A stretch of 63,996 nucleotides of DNA, counting the filler, from Candidatus Rokuibacteriota bacterium (lineage in GTDB: Bacteria > JAUVQV01 > DATDCY01): the NCBI GenBank assembly GCA_031406795.1. It is 5 parts of 5 records of this genome, joined end to end, with 100 filler letters (N's around TTAATTAATTAA, not from the genome) between each part and the next. Parts side by side here need not be neighbours in the genome. Positions count along the whole stretch, not along the records: positions 1 to 26,583 come from JANOHV010000090.1; 4 more parts are not named here. One strand, written 5' to 3'. Every line of letters begins with the position of its first letter. The first letter of the stretch is position 1. This document shows positions 8,943 through 19,555 of the stretch, one piece after another. Both the position numbers and the translations under genes were made by a program. The notes beneath the pieces were generated by a model. The model was not told the DNA's origin. It searched no databases and was given only the letters and a program-made list of their open reading frames with translations.

Positions 8943-9104
8943 CGCCGCAGACGGGCCCTTTTCAGCGGCCGTCACGGTAGCGGAGAGGCTGATCAAAAGG
9001 GTCCAGATGCAAGGCGGGCGACAAGCAGACGCCGAGGCGGGCTCGTGCCCGCCGCAGGGAGCCGCGAGGAGTGCAACGCCGCAGGTGGGCCCTTTTCAGC
9101 GGCC
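8943..9104 (+). repeat. MITE-like element family A (full copy 8987-9104 plus extra right end 8943-8970)
   Basis: Ends CAAAAGGGTCCAGATGCAAGGCG ... CGCCGCAGGTGGGCCCTTTTCAGC; related copies at 42581, 48350, 58322. Confidence 0.75.
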
Positions 9105-9112
9105 GCAACGGT

Positions 9113-9155
9113 AAAAAAACAAAAGGCCCCCGCACCCTTTCGGGCGCGGAGGCCT
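9113..9155 (-). terminator. Rho-independent terminator of cspA
   Basis: GC hairpin AGGCCTCCGCGCCCGAAAGGGTGCGGGGGCCT followed by a U tract on the minus strand. Confidence 0.75.
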
Positions 9156-9169
9156 CAGTTACCTAGAAG

Positions 9170-9373
9170 TTAGGCGGGACGGACGTTCGACGCCGCCGGG
9201 CCCTTCTGGCCGTCGACGATGTCGAATTCAACAGCCTGACCTTCGCTCAGGCTCTTGAAGCCCGAACCACCGATCGCGGTGTGGTGCACGAAGACGTCCT
9301 TGGAACCGTCCTCGAGGCTGATGAAGCCGAAACCCTTCTGATCATTGAACCACTTCACCGTTCCCTTTGCCAT
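9170..9373 (-). CDS. cspA: Cold-shock protein
   Basis: [18 protein letters not shown]...DVFVHH. Confidence 0.95.
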   Translation of the reverse strand: MAKGTVKWFNDQKGFGFISLEDGSKDVFVHHTAIGGSGFKSLSEGQAVEFDIVDGQKGPAASNVRPA

Positions 9374-9533
9374 GTTCGCTACCCCTGTCTTTTGATCCCT
9401 TGAATAACCCACGCAAAACCCTGAGTTCTCTCAGGACACGTGACAGCCGACGATTGGGGATTCATCAAACGCTAGCCTACTTCCATAATATATGGTTCCG
9501 GCCCGCACTTGTCCACCATTATTTTTCGCCTGC

Positions 9534-9929
9534 CTAGAGCTGCCTGAGTTCGAGCTGATTGAACGGAGAGCCGAGCTCATGCAGGAAGATCTCGTCATCC
9601 TGGATATCGTCGATCACCCAATCCTCGTGCAGTCTCTCGAGCAGCCCTGGATCCCCGAAGCGCAGGTCGAGCCGCGTGTTGTTGTCGAACTCGTTCCAGG
9701 TCCCATCCGCCGGCGGCGCGCCCGGCCGCGTCACCTTGACGGCGCCATCGGCCAGAAAGGTGAAGACATAGCCGCGAAAGAGCGACGTGTCGTCATCGTT
9801 GTTCGCGATGAAGTAACTCACCCGCCAGGTGCCCACCGAAATAACATCGACAAGATCCTCGTTGTTGTTCGTGCAACCGCCAAGCGAGACCATCAACAGC
9901 AGTGCCATACCCAGTACGAGCTTCTTCAT
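9534..9929 (-). CDS. Hypothetical lipoprotein (lipocalin-like fold possible)
   Basis: Lipobox SLGGC, GTWRV motif, strong RBS. Confidence 0.7.
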   Translation of the reverse strand: MKKLVLGMALLLMVSLGGCTNNNEDLVDVISVGTWRVSYFIANNDDDTSLFRGYVFTFLADGAVKVTRPGAPPADGTWNEFDNNTRLDLRFGDPGLLERLHEDWVIDDIQDDEIFLHELGSPFNQLELRQL

Positions 9930-10078
9930 GGTTCCCCCCTCCTCTTTCTCCCGGAATCGGCAGATGGGAATAAACTACTCCTGAACGTGACGCTGTCAAG
10001 TGCCATGTTGCAGCCGCGCCACCCGGCAGTTGCGCCCGCCGCGCTTGACGCCGCCGTGCTTTCGCGAATAATACGCGG

Positions 10079-12178
10079 GTGATCGCCTGCACCCTCTCGA
10101 TCGTTCCGCGCCCCGCCCGACTCTTCCTGCTGCTCGCCGCCGCAGACACGCTGCTCTTCTCGCTACTGCGGGGCGCGTTCGCTCTCGCCTTCGCCCCGCC
10201 GGGCGACGGACTCCCCGCCGCGCTGATCGCCAAATCGTTGCTGCTCGGTGCCCGGTTCGATGCGCGGCTCGCGGTTCTCGCCGCCCTGCCGCTGCTCGCT
10301 CTCGGCGGGGCGCGGGCGCTTTCGCCGTTCGAGCGGCTGCTGGCGCGACGCGGCTGGGCGTGGTACCTGGCTCTCTCGCATCTGTTGTTGTTCCTCGTCT
10401 ACGCGGTGGATTTCGGCTACTACCCCTACGCCGCGAGCCGGGTCAACGTCTCGATCCTGCAGTTTCTCTACAACCCCGACACCTCGGCGGGGATGATCTG
10501 GGCCAGCTACCCGGTGGTCCGCGGCGCGCTCGGTCTGGCCTTCGCCGCCTGGGCGGTGTTCCGCGTCGCCCGCCTGCTCCTCGAGCGCGCCGCCCACTGG
10601 CCGGCGGCGACCGCGCCGCGAGGCCTACGCATCGCCGCATCGATCGCCGTCGCCCTGCTTGCCGCCGGAGCCCTGTACGGCAAGATCTCCTGGTACCCGC
10701 TTCGCTGGTCAGACGCCTATTTCTCGACCAGCACCTTCGCCGCCGATCTCGCGCACAACCCCGTGCTTTTCTTCGCCGAGACGGTGCGCAAGAAGCCCGC
10801 GGCCTACGACCTGGCGAAGGTGCGCGCCGCCTATCCTCTCGTCGCCGGCTACCTGGGCATCGCGGACCCCGACCCGGAGCGCCTGGTCTATGCCCGCCGC
10901 GCCAAACCGCTGGGCCTCGCGCCCGGATCCCCTCCCGCGGACCCCGCCGGCTCGTTCGCGCGCCGGCCGAACGTGGTGATCGTCCTGCTCGAGTCCTTCG
11001 CCGCCTACAAGACCGGCGCATTCGGCAACCCGCTGGACCCCACGCCGCACTTCGACGCGCTGGCCCGGGAGGGGACGCTCTACACTCGCTTCTTCACCCC
11101 GACCTGGGGGACGGCGCGCTCGGTCTGGGCCACGGTAACCGGACTGCCCGACGTGGAGACGGACCTCACGGCCACCCGCAACCCGCTGCTCGTCTCGCAG
11201 AACAGCATCCTCAATGACTTCGCCGGCTACGAGAAGCTCTATTTTCTCGGCGGCAGCCTGAACTGGGCGAACATCCGCGGTCTGCTCGCCGCAAACATCA
11301 CCGGGCTGCGCCTCTTCGAAGAGGGGAGCTACCGCGCGCCCCGCGTCGATGTCTGGGGGATCTCGGACCTCGATCTCTTCGAGGAAGCCAACCGGGTCTT
11401 CACGAGCATCGGCCGGCCCTTCGTCGCCATCGTCCAGACCTCCGGCAGCCACCGCCCCTACACCATCCCGAAGAACCACCGCGGGTTCGAACCGCGCCGG
11501 ATCGCGGACGCCGAAGCGCAGCGGCACGGCTTCGGCGCGGCGGACGAGTACAACGCCTTCCGCTTCCTCGACCACGCCGTCGGCGCCTTCATCGCGGGCG
11601 CGCGCCGCGAACCGTGGTTTGCCGACACGATCTTCCTCTTCTACGGCGATCACGGTCTGCCCGGGAGCGCGCCGCACATCCCGCCGGGGGACGAAGCGGC
11701 CGGCCTGACGCACTTCCACGTCCCGCTGCTCGTCTACGGCCCGGGCCGCATCCCCGGCGGGCGGCGGATCGACACCGTGGCCAGCGAATTGGATGTGCTG
11801 CCCACGGCGGCCTCGCTCGCCGGCCTGCCCTATGTCAACAGTTCGCTGGGCCGCGACCTGCTCGATCCGGCCTTCGACGATCTGCGCTACACCTTCACGA
11901 TCGGCGATCAGGGGAAGGTGCCCTGGCTCGGCCTGATCGGGAAGGACCGCGCGTTCGGGGTGTTCGGCGACGGCTCGAACCGCCGGCTCACCGCGCTGGA
12001 CGGACTCGACGCGCGGGCGAACCTCCTCGCGCGCGAGCCGGAGACGGCGGCGCGCATGGAGGAAATCTGCCTCGCGCTGTACGAGACCGCGCGTTACCTG
12101 CCGTTCGTCAACAAGCCGGAGATGGTCAGGGCGGTTGTTGACTTTGCTCAAGGCATTCCTCGCGGCCAGGTCCAATAA
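10079..12178 (+). CDS. LTA synthase family membrane sulfatase/phosphoglycerol transferase
   Basis: N-terminal TM helices; PNVVIVLLES, SHRPY, GDHG. Confidence 0.85.
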   Translation: MIACTLSIVPRPARLFLLLAAADTLLFSLLRGAFALAFAPPGDGLPAALIAKSLLLGARFDARLAVLAALPLLALGGARALSPFERLLARRGWAWYLALSHLLLFLVYAVDFGYYPYAASRVNVSILQFLYNPDTSAGMIWASYPVVRGALGLAFAAWAVFRVARLLLERAAHWPAATAPRGLRIAASIAVALLAAGALYGKISWYPLRWSDAYFSTSTFAADLAHNPVLFFAETVRKKPAAYDLAKVRAAYPLVAGYLGIADPDPERLVYARRAKPLGLAPGSPPADPAGSFARRPNVVIVLLESFAAYKTGAFGNPLDPTPHFDALAREGTLYTRFFTPTWGTARSVWATVTGLPDVETDLTATRNPLLVSQNSILNDFAGYEKLYFLGGSLNWANIRGLLAANITGLRLFEEGSYRAPRVDVWGISDLDLFEEANRVFTSIGRPFVAIVQTSGSHRPYTIPKNHRGFEPRRIADAEAQRHGFGAADEYNAFRFLDHAVGAFIAGARREPWFADTIFLFYGDHGLPGSAPHIPPGDEAAGLTHFHVPLLVYGPGRIPGGRRIDTVASELDVLPTAASLAGLPYVNSSLGRDLLDPAFDDLRYTFTIGDQGKVPWLGLIGKDRAFGVFGDGSNRRLTALDGLDARANLLAREPETAARMEEICLALYETARYLPFVNKPEMVRAVVDFAQGIPRGQVQ

Positions 12179-12179
12179 T
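12138..12179 (+). promoter_or_regulatory. FNR/Crp-family box with class II promoter geometry
   Basis: TTGAC-TTTG-CTCAA (12138-12151) and AATAAT -10 (12174-12179). Confidence 0.5.
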
Positions 12180-12243
12180 GATCAAGAAGGTTCTGAATTA
12201 TCAGGCGCAACAAACGGCGCGAAGCCGGGAGAGGACGGAGGCG

Positions 12244-12495
12244 ATGGATCAGCAAAGCGGCCCGCAGCACGGAACGATCACCCCGCAGACCCGCATGGGC
12301 GAGATCATCGAACGCTGGCCGGAGACGGTGGCGTTGCTCGTCGCAAACGGGTTCGCCCCCCTGGCGGATCCGGCGCACCAGGCGCTGGTCAAGACGATGC
12401 CCGTGACCCTCGAGCTGGCCTGCGCCCGGCACGGGGTGAGCCTGGCGAAGATGCTGGGACTGCTCAACGCCGCCGTGGGCGGCAGGGAGGATTGA
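12244..12495 (+). CDS. DUF1858-like small protein
   Basis: ITPQTRMGEIIERWPET...TLELACARHGV; GGAG RBS. Confidence 0.75.
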   Translation: MDQQSGPQHGTITPQTRMGEIIERWPETVALLVANGFAPLADPAHQALVKTMPVTLELACARHGVSLAKMLGLLNAAVGGRED

Positions 12496-12526
12496 CAAAC
12501 CCCGGCTGTCCCCAGAGAATCACCGC

Positions 12527-13114
12527 ATGATGAAACGGCTCGTCGTCTGCCTGCTGCCGCTGCTGTGGCTGGCGTGCGCAACGCCGCGGGGTCCGCTTCT
12601 GGTGCCGGCGAGCCTGCTGCAGGAAGACCCGTTCGACGTACGCTACAAGGTCCATTGCGACAATGTCTCGGGCAAGACGGTGTGCGTGATGACCGGCAAC
12701 GCGCTGCGCCCCTTCAGCCCCCGCTACCCGCTGCTGACGCTCGGCGTCGTCAGCGAGGTGGACAAGAACGGCGCGCCGCGCTACTTCCTCAGAACCGTGT
12801 TCGTCAACGAGGGTCAGTGGCTCAACATCAGCCGTGACAGCAGGCTGCGCGTCACCTGCGACGGCGAATCCGTCGAGATGACCGGGGCCGGCAGCGCGGG
12901 AACCCGGTACACCGACGAGGGCAACAAACGCTACGAAGTCGCCCTCTTCGATGCTTCCGCCGCGGTCATCAGGAAGATCGTGCAGGCCAGGTCGGTCGCG
13001 GTCGGGTTGCAGGGCGATTTTCTCCTCGAGAAGAGCTTCGGCAACGTCAACACGCTGTATTTCCGCCAGTTCGTTCAGCACTACATCGAGAAGACGCCGA
13101 CTGCCGACAAGTAG
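12527..13114 (+). CDS. Hypothetical lipoprotein
   Basis: Lipobox WLAC; coding-like codon usage. Confidence 0.7.
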   Translation: MMKRLVVCLLPLLWLACATPRGPLLVPASLLQEDPFDVRYKVHCDNVSGKTVCVMTGNALRPFSPRYPLLTLGVVSEVDKNGAPRYFLRTVFVNEGQWLNISRDSRLRVTCDGESVEMTGAGSAGTRYTDEGNKRYEVALFDASAAVIRKIVQARSVAVGLQGDFLLEKSFGNVNTLYFRQFVQHYIEKTPTADK

Positions 13115-13130
13115 CCGCCCGCCGCCGGGA

Positions 13131-14186
13131 TCACGACGATCCGCGGGCGACGGGAGCGGCCTGATCGGCAAGCAGCTCCAGCGCCGCTGCCAACACCTCC
13201 GCCGATGCGATGTCGTCCAGGCAGGCCCGGTGCCGGCGCGGGCAGCGCAACCCGCCGTGCACCGTGCAGGGGCGACAAGCCAGAGCGCGGCTGATCACCC
13301 GCACGCGCGCGCCGCGCGGGGCGAAGCCGAAGGCCTCGTGTGTCGGGCCGAAGAGGGCGACCACGGGCGTACCGACCGCGGCCGCGAGATGGGCCGGTCC
13401 GGAGTCGTTCGCGATCACCACGCGGGCCATCTGCAGCAGCGCAGCCAGTTCCGGCAGCCCCGTGCGGCCGGCGAGCTGCGGGGCGCCCCCCGGTATCAGC
13501 GCCCGCACCAGCTCGGCGGTCTGCTGATCCGCGGCGCCGCCGGCGAGCACCGGTTCGAGCCCCCCCCCGTCGCGGAGTCCGGCCGCCACCGCGGCGAACG
13601 AGGCCGGCGGCCAGCGTTTGTTCGGCCAGTGCGCGCCCGGGACGACAACGGCGATGCGCTCCGGGGAGTGAACACCGGCGGCGGCCAGCAGCTCGCGGAC
13701 CGCGGCGCTCGTCGCGGCCGGCACGGTCAAGGCCGGCACCGGGTGCGCCGGCGGGATGCCGAAACGGCGCAGCGGTTCCAGGTAGCGATCGGTCACGTGC
13801 GGCTGCGCGTCCTCCATGCGCCCGCGCATCCACCCCGCCGCCCAAAGGCGTCGTAGCAGCGCCTCCTTGCGGTAGGAGGACCGGTGGTCGGCGTCCAACG
13901 CCCTCAGGCAGGCGCGGCTGCGCAGCGAGCGGTGCAGATCCAGCGCCAGGTCGAAATGACCGAGCCCGCGGCAATGCGCGCGCAGCGCCGCGAGCCCCGA
14001 CCCCGCCTCCTCCATCGCGACCACGCGGTCGATCCCGGGCTGGCCCTCGAGCAACGGGCGGTAGAGGGCCTTCGTCAGAAAGACGTTCTCGACGGCCGGG
14101 TAGGCCTCCTTGAGGCTGCGCAGGACCGGGAGCGTGAGCACCACGTCGCCGAGCGAGCTGAAGCGGATGACGACCGCGCGCTTCAT
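13131..14186 (-). CDS. Glycosyltransferase family 9 (LPS heptosyltransferase-like)
   Basis: RFSSLGDVVL, PGAHWPNKRWP, NDSGPAHLAAA, LFGPT. Confidence 0.9.
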   Translation of the reverse strand: MKRAVVIRFSSLGDVVLTLPVLRSLKEAYPAVENVFLTKALYRPLLEGQPGIDRVVAMEEAGSGLAALRAHCRGLGHFDLALDLHRSLRSRACLRALDADHRSSYRKEALLRRLWAAGWMRGRMEDAQPHVTDRYLEPLRRFGIPPAHPVPALTVPAATSAAVRELLAAAGVHSPERIAVVVPGAHWPNKRWPPASFAAVAAGLRDGGGLEPVLAGGAADQQTAELVRALIPGGAPQLAGRTGLPELAALLQMARVVIANDSGPAHLAAAVGTPVVALFGPTHEAFGFAPRGARVRVISRALACRPCTVHGGLRCPRRHRACLDDIASAEVLAAALELLADQAAPVARGSS

Positions 14187-14553
14187 CGGGTCGCGGCGAT
14201 CACGCCGAACCGTTGCTCCTCGACTCCGAGGGTGGCCGCGACATCCGCGCCGAGCAGCAGCCGTCGTCCGGTGATCTTCATGCGCCGCCCCGACCCCCTT
14301 CCCCTCGTTTCATCTCTCACTCCCGCGTCTTGAGCACCGCCACCTGGTCGAGCGTGCGAATGCGGCCGGCCACCATGATACCCGAGAATACCGCGGCCGC
14401 CAGCGCGACGAGAAAGGCGAAGCCGATCAGCACCGAGTTCGTCGCCGTCATCGACCGGGCGATCGTCTGGTAGAAGCTCGCGAGCATACTCTCGCGCACC
14501 GCGACCCCCGCCACGGCCGGGGTGCGCTTGAGCCGTTCGGTCAACAGCGGCAT
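14183..14553 (-). pseudogene. Collapsed remnants of an FtsX-like ABC permease and a HlyD-like adaptor
   Basis: 14317-14553 ends RIRTLDQVAVLKTRE; 14183-14281 reads MKITGRRLLLG..LGVEEQR; both far shorter than intact family members. Confidence 0.55.
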
Positions 14554-14616
14554 CGGCGCCTCGTCGGCGGCAAGAAAAGCGCCCCCAGCGCTTCGCGCGA
14601 CGTTCTCCAGCGCCGG

Positions 14617-14949
14617 TCACGGCTTCGGCGCGACGTGGACGGCCACCCAGACGCAGGGAGGATCGGCGCTCGTGGCCTCCACGCGGTGCCGCAGATGCGC
14701 GGGGATCAGCAGCCAGTCGCCCGGCCCCAGTTCGAGCCGGGCGCCGTCTTCCAGCCGCAGCGTCGCGCGGCCGGCGAGCAGCACCACCCACTCGTCGTCG
14801 GGCTGGTCGTACCACTCCCCGGGCGGCGTCGTCTGGCCCGTGGAAACGATGCGCTCGACGCGCGCGCCGGGACGGGCGAGGAGCACGTCGACGCGCTCCC
14901 GGTCCGTGCTGGCGCCGGCTGCGTCGAAGAGCGATCCCCGCTCGAGCAT
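14617..14949 (-). CDS. Cupin domain protein
   Basis: ERIVSTGQ..WYDQ..DEWV...IPAHLRHRV. Confidence 0.85.
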   Translation of the reverse strand: MLERGSLFDAAGASTDRERVDVLLARPGARVERIVSTGQTTPPGEWYDQPDDEWVVLLAGRATLRLEDGARLELGPGDWLLIPAHLRHRVEATSADPPCVWVAVHVAPKP

Positions 14950-14961
14950 CGGCGCGACCGG

Positions 14962-15978
14962 CTAGAAGCGGTAGCCCGCCCCCAGGGTGACCGACGCCGC
15001 GCTCAGCGAGAGCCCGCCGCCCCCGCCGAAGAATTCGTTACCCTCCGCGCCGGTGATCTTGACATCCCCGGTGATCTCCGGGATCGACTGGTACTCCACA
15101 CCGAGCGCCGCGGACCAGTGCTCGGCGAACAGCCAGACCGCGTTTAGCCCGAGCCCGACATACGTCCCCCCGGAGAAATCCCCTTCGAAGAGCACGCCGC
15201 GCAGCACGTGGAGATCCGAATCGCTGGCGGAAACCAACGGGCTGAAGAGCAGGTGCGTCTCCAGCTGGAACGCAGGGAAATCCCAGCTCGCGCCGACGCC
15301 GACGTAGGGGATCGAGTACTTCTGCTCGTAGGTGATGACCCGTTCTCCCGCGGGGAAGGAGCCGATGGTGTCCCGGAACTCCTCGGTCGAATAAATGTAC
15401 GTCCCGCCCCGCGCCGACCACTTCCAGGTGTCGTGCTTGTAGCCGACGATGCCGGAGAGCGAGAACGACCCGAATTGCAGCGCCATGACGCTCAGGTTCT
15501 GGTCGAGGACGATCACCTTGTCCACCGTGGTGTCGGGGTGGCGCGACTCGTGCGTCCAGTTCCGGCTGTCCGGTTCCAGGAAGACGCTGAAACTGTCGGC
15601 GTAGGCCCAGTCGCGGTCGATCATCATGCCGTTGCCTTCGCTCAGCGCCGACCAGACGCCGAGATTCAGCCGGAAGCGCCGCCCGATGCCCACGGAGCCG
15701 TGCACCCCGGCCAGCGCGACGTCTTTGAGATCCCAGGTCAGTTCGCTGAGCTTGAATTTCCTGCCGAACGGGTAGGAGAAGGCCAGCTCGGTGGCGCTGC
15801 CTTCGACGACCCCGAGAGACGCGCCGAGACCGAAAGAGAGATCGGCGCCCGTCGCCCAGCGCACGTCGGGGTCGGCCTGAGCGGTGGCGTGCAGCGCGCG
15901 CGCGGGGGCGGGCGCGAATGCGACGAACGTGGCGACAACAGCAAGAAGCAGGAGCGGGAACCGGCGTGCTCGAGACAT
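14962..15978 (-). CDS. Omptin family outer-membrane protease
   Basis: Signal peptide; KLSELTW, MIDRDW, WTHESRH, GGTYIY, DSDLH; C-terminal YRF. Confidence 0.85.
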   Translation of the reverse strand: MSRARRFPLLLLAVVATFVAFAPAPARALHATAQADPDVRWATGADLSFGLGASLGVVEGSATELAFSYPFGRKFKLSELTWDLKDVALAGVHGSVGIGRRFRLNLGVWSALSEGNGMMIDRDWAYADSFSVFLEPDSRNWTHESRHPDTTVDKVIVLDQNLSVMALQFGSFSLSGIVGYKHDTWKWSARGGTYIYSTEEFRDTIGSFPAGERVITYEQKYSIPYVGVGASWDFPAFQLETHLLFSPLVSASDSDLHVLRGVLFEGDFSGGTYVGLGLNAVWLFAEHWSAALGVEYQSIPEITGDVKITGAEGNEFFGGGGGLSLSAASVTLGAGYRF

Positions 15979-16054
15979 CACATCCCTCCCTCGGCAAGTA
16001 TCCGTGAATGATTCGCTGCCATCCCGGGCATCCCGGGCTTTCCGGCGCCGCACC

Positions 16055-17515
<1,461 letters not shown>

Positions 17516-17590
17516 GTCAGGCTCCTTGCGTTTCAGCCGGGGGGATGCGCGGGTCGCTCACCTCGGCATCCCGTGCCCGGCACGGGTTAG

Positions 17591-17653
17591 GTGAGCGCGG
17601 TTTTCCTTACGTCGAGCCTGGCGGTTTTCCCCGTTGCAGCGCTCCTCGACAGC
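17591..17653 (-). ncRNA. SAH riboswitch
   Basis: GTCGAGGAGCGCTGCAACGG-GGAAAA-CCGCCAGGCTCGAC...AACCGCGCTCAC matches the SAH aptamer/pseudoknot; upstream of ahcY. Confidence 0.88.
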
Positions 17654-17740
17654 CCGAAGGATACTCGTTTTCGCGGGCAGTTTCAACCCGGAGGCCGCGC
17701 CATGGTATCGTCGTGGGGGAACCGGGGAGGACAACTGCGC

Positions 17741-18568
17741 ATGAAGATTGCTCTGGGAATCGCGGCGGCGCTCTTCGCGCTCTGGGCGCTGGTCCGGCTG
17801 ATGGAGCCGAAACTGACCTATTTCCCGGTGCGGGAGCTCTACGCCGACCCGGCCGCGTTCGGGCTGCGCTTCGAGGAGATCGCCCTCGCGGCCTCGGACA
17901 ACGTGCGGCTCCACGGCTGGTACTGTCTCCCTCCGGCGGGGGCGGCTCACCGCGCCGACGTCGTCTTCTTCCACGGCAACGGCGGCAACGTCAGCCATCG
18001 CCTGCAGAAGATCCGGGAACTCGTCAGGCTCGGGCTCGGCGTGTTCATCGTCGACTATCGCGGCTACGGCCGCAGCGCGGGCGCCCCGAGAGACGCCGGC
18101 ATCCTGCGCGACGCCGAGGCCGCATTCCGGGAGGCGCGCGGACGCGCCGCCGCCGCGGGCGTCCCGCTCGGGATCTTTGGGGAGTCGCTCGGCACGATCC
18201 CCGCCGTCCGGCAGGCCGCCGTGAACGGCGATGTGGCGTTTCTGATCCTCGAGGGGTCGTTCCCCGGCAAGCGGGCGGTCGCGACCCGGCTGCCCCTCTT
18301 CTGGCCCTTTCTGCCGTTTCTCGGCGGCGCGCTCGAGATGGGGCCGCGTGCGTCGCAGGTCGCCTGCCCCGTGCTCGTAATGCACGCACGGGCCGACGAG
18401 GTCATCCCGCTCGCGCTGGGTCGGGCCGTCCACGACCGGCTGACGGGGAGCCGGATGCGCGAGTGGTACGAGGTGCCGCGCGGCGGTCACAACGATTGCT
18501 TCGAGGCGGATGCCGGTTTCTTCCCGCGGATCGACGCCTTCCTGGAGCGGGTCCTCCCGCGGTCGTGA
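17741..18568 (+). CDS. Alpha/beta hydrolase (ABHD13/Bem46-like)
   Basis: HGNGGN, DYRGYG, GESLG, DEVIP, GHND triad. Confidence 0.88.
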   Translation: MKIALGIAAALFALWALVRLMEPKLTYFPVRELYADPAAFGLRFEEIALAASDNVRLHGWYCLPPAGAAHRADVVFFHGNGGNVSHRLQKIRELVRLGLGVFIVDYRGYGRSAGAPRDAGILRDAEAAFREARGRAAAAGVPLGIFGESLGTIPAVRQAAVNGDVAFLILEGSFPGKRAVATRLPLFWPFLPFLGGALEMGPRASQVACPVLVMHARADEVIPLALGRAVHDRLTGSRMREWYEVPRGGHNDCFEADAGFFPRIDAFLERVLPRS

Positions 18569-18728
18569 GTTCGACCCCGCCGGCAGGCCGGGAACCCGGA
18601 CGCTGGCCGGGCGCCGCGCTCACATGGTCAGGACCGCAGCAAGAACCGGGGTGCAGCCGGCCGCAGCAACCCATGCGGGGAGAGCACGCGGAAGAGCATC
18701 ACGTGGTAGCCGAGGAAGTGCCGGCGAA

Positions 18729-19097
18729 CTACGAGTAGGTGATGGCGACCTCGTAACCGACGCTCGAATAGACAATTGCCGCGTCTTTGGGGCCGCCTTT
18801 GAACTCGCCCTTCGCCGACCTCTTGCGGCCGTCGACCATCCGGCGGATGAAGTGCGTCAGGTCGAGCCCGTCGGCGTCGGCGCCGTCACCCAGGGGGCTG
18901 ATTTTGAAGAAAGCGGGGTTCCCGGGGTAGAAATTCAAGGTGCGCTGAACCGCCGAGAAACTCCCCCGGCTGTAGTTCACCGTGACCACGATGCTCGAGA
19001 CATCGGGGAAGAGATCGGACATCAACCCGGCGGCGCTCGTCTGCCGCTTGCGCTCTTCCCACAACTCGTTTCGTCTGCTGTACACGTTCGGCTTCAT
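18729..19097 (-). CDS. Hypothetical protein
   Basis: 122-aa ORF with protein-like composition and coding codon bias. Confidence 0.7.
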   Translation of the reverse strand: MKPNVYSRRNELWEERKRQTSAAGLMSDLFPDVSSIVVTVNYSRGSFSAVQRTLNFYPGNPAFFKISPLGDGADADGLDLTHFIRRMVDGRKRSAKGEFKGGPKDAAIVYSSVGYEVAITYS

Positions 19098-19363
19098 CGC
19101 ACAGCCGCGCTGCTGGTCTTCGCGTCACTTCCTGTCATGACTCCCCCTTGTCGCTCTGGTGGGCGCACACAACTTCCCGCAGCTCTCAAAGAGCCCTGGG
19201 GGCAGTCGCCTGAACGCCGGCACCGAAATACAAGTACAGTATAAGCTCTTGGGGCGAACAAATCAAAATCCATCGGGTGACCGCCCCGCCGCCGGCGCAC
19301 CCCGGCCGGGCGCCTCAACCTGTCGCATTGAGCAAATTCCGGCATCAGGGTACCATCGAGATC

Positions 19364-19555
19364 ATGACTAAACTGCCGTCGCCCTGCACGAAGGACTGCA
19401 AGATCGACCCCGGAAACGGCCTCTGCCGCGGCTGCCTGCGCACAATCCAGGAGATCGTCCGCTGGGGCGGTGCGGACGAGGCCGAGCAGACGCGGATCCT
19501 CGCGGCAGTCGCGCAGCGGCGGGCCCGACAAGGGGACAGCAAGAGTACGCCGTGA
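19364..19555 (+). CDS. DUF1289 family Cys-rich protein
   Basis: SPCTKDCKID...CRGCLRTIQEIVRW. Confidence 0.85.
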   Translation: MTKLPSPCTKDCKIDPGNGLCRGCLRTIQEIVRWGGADEAEQTRILAAVAQRRARQGDSKSTP

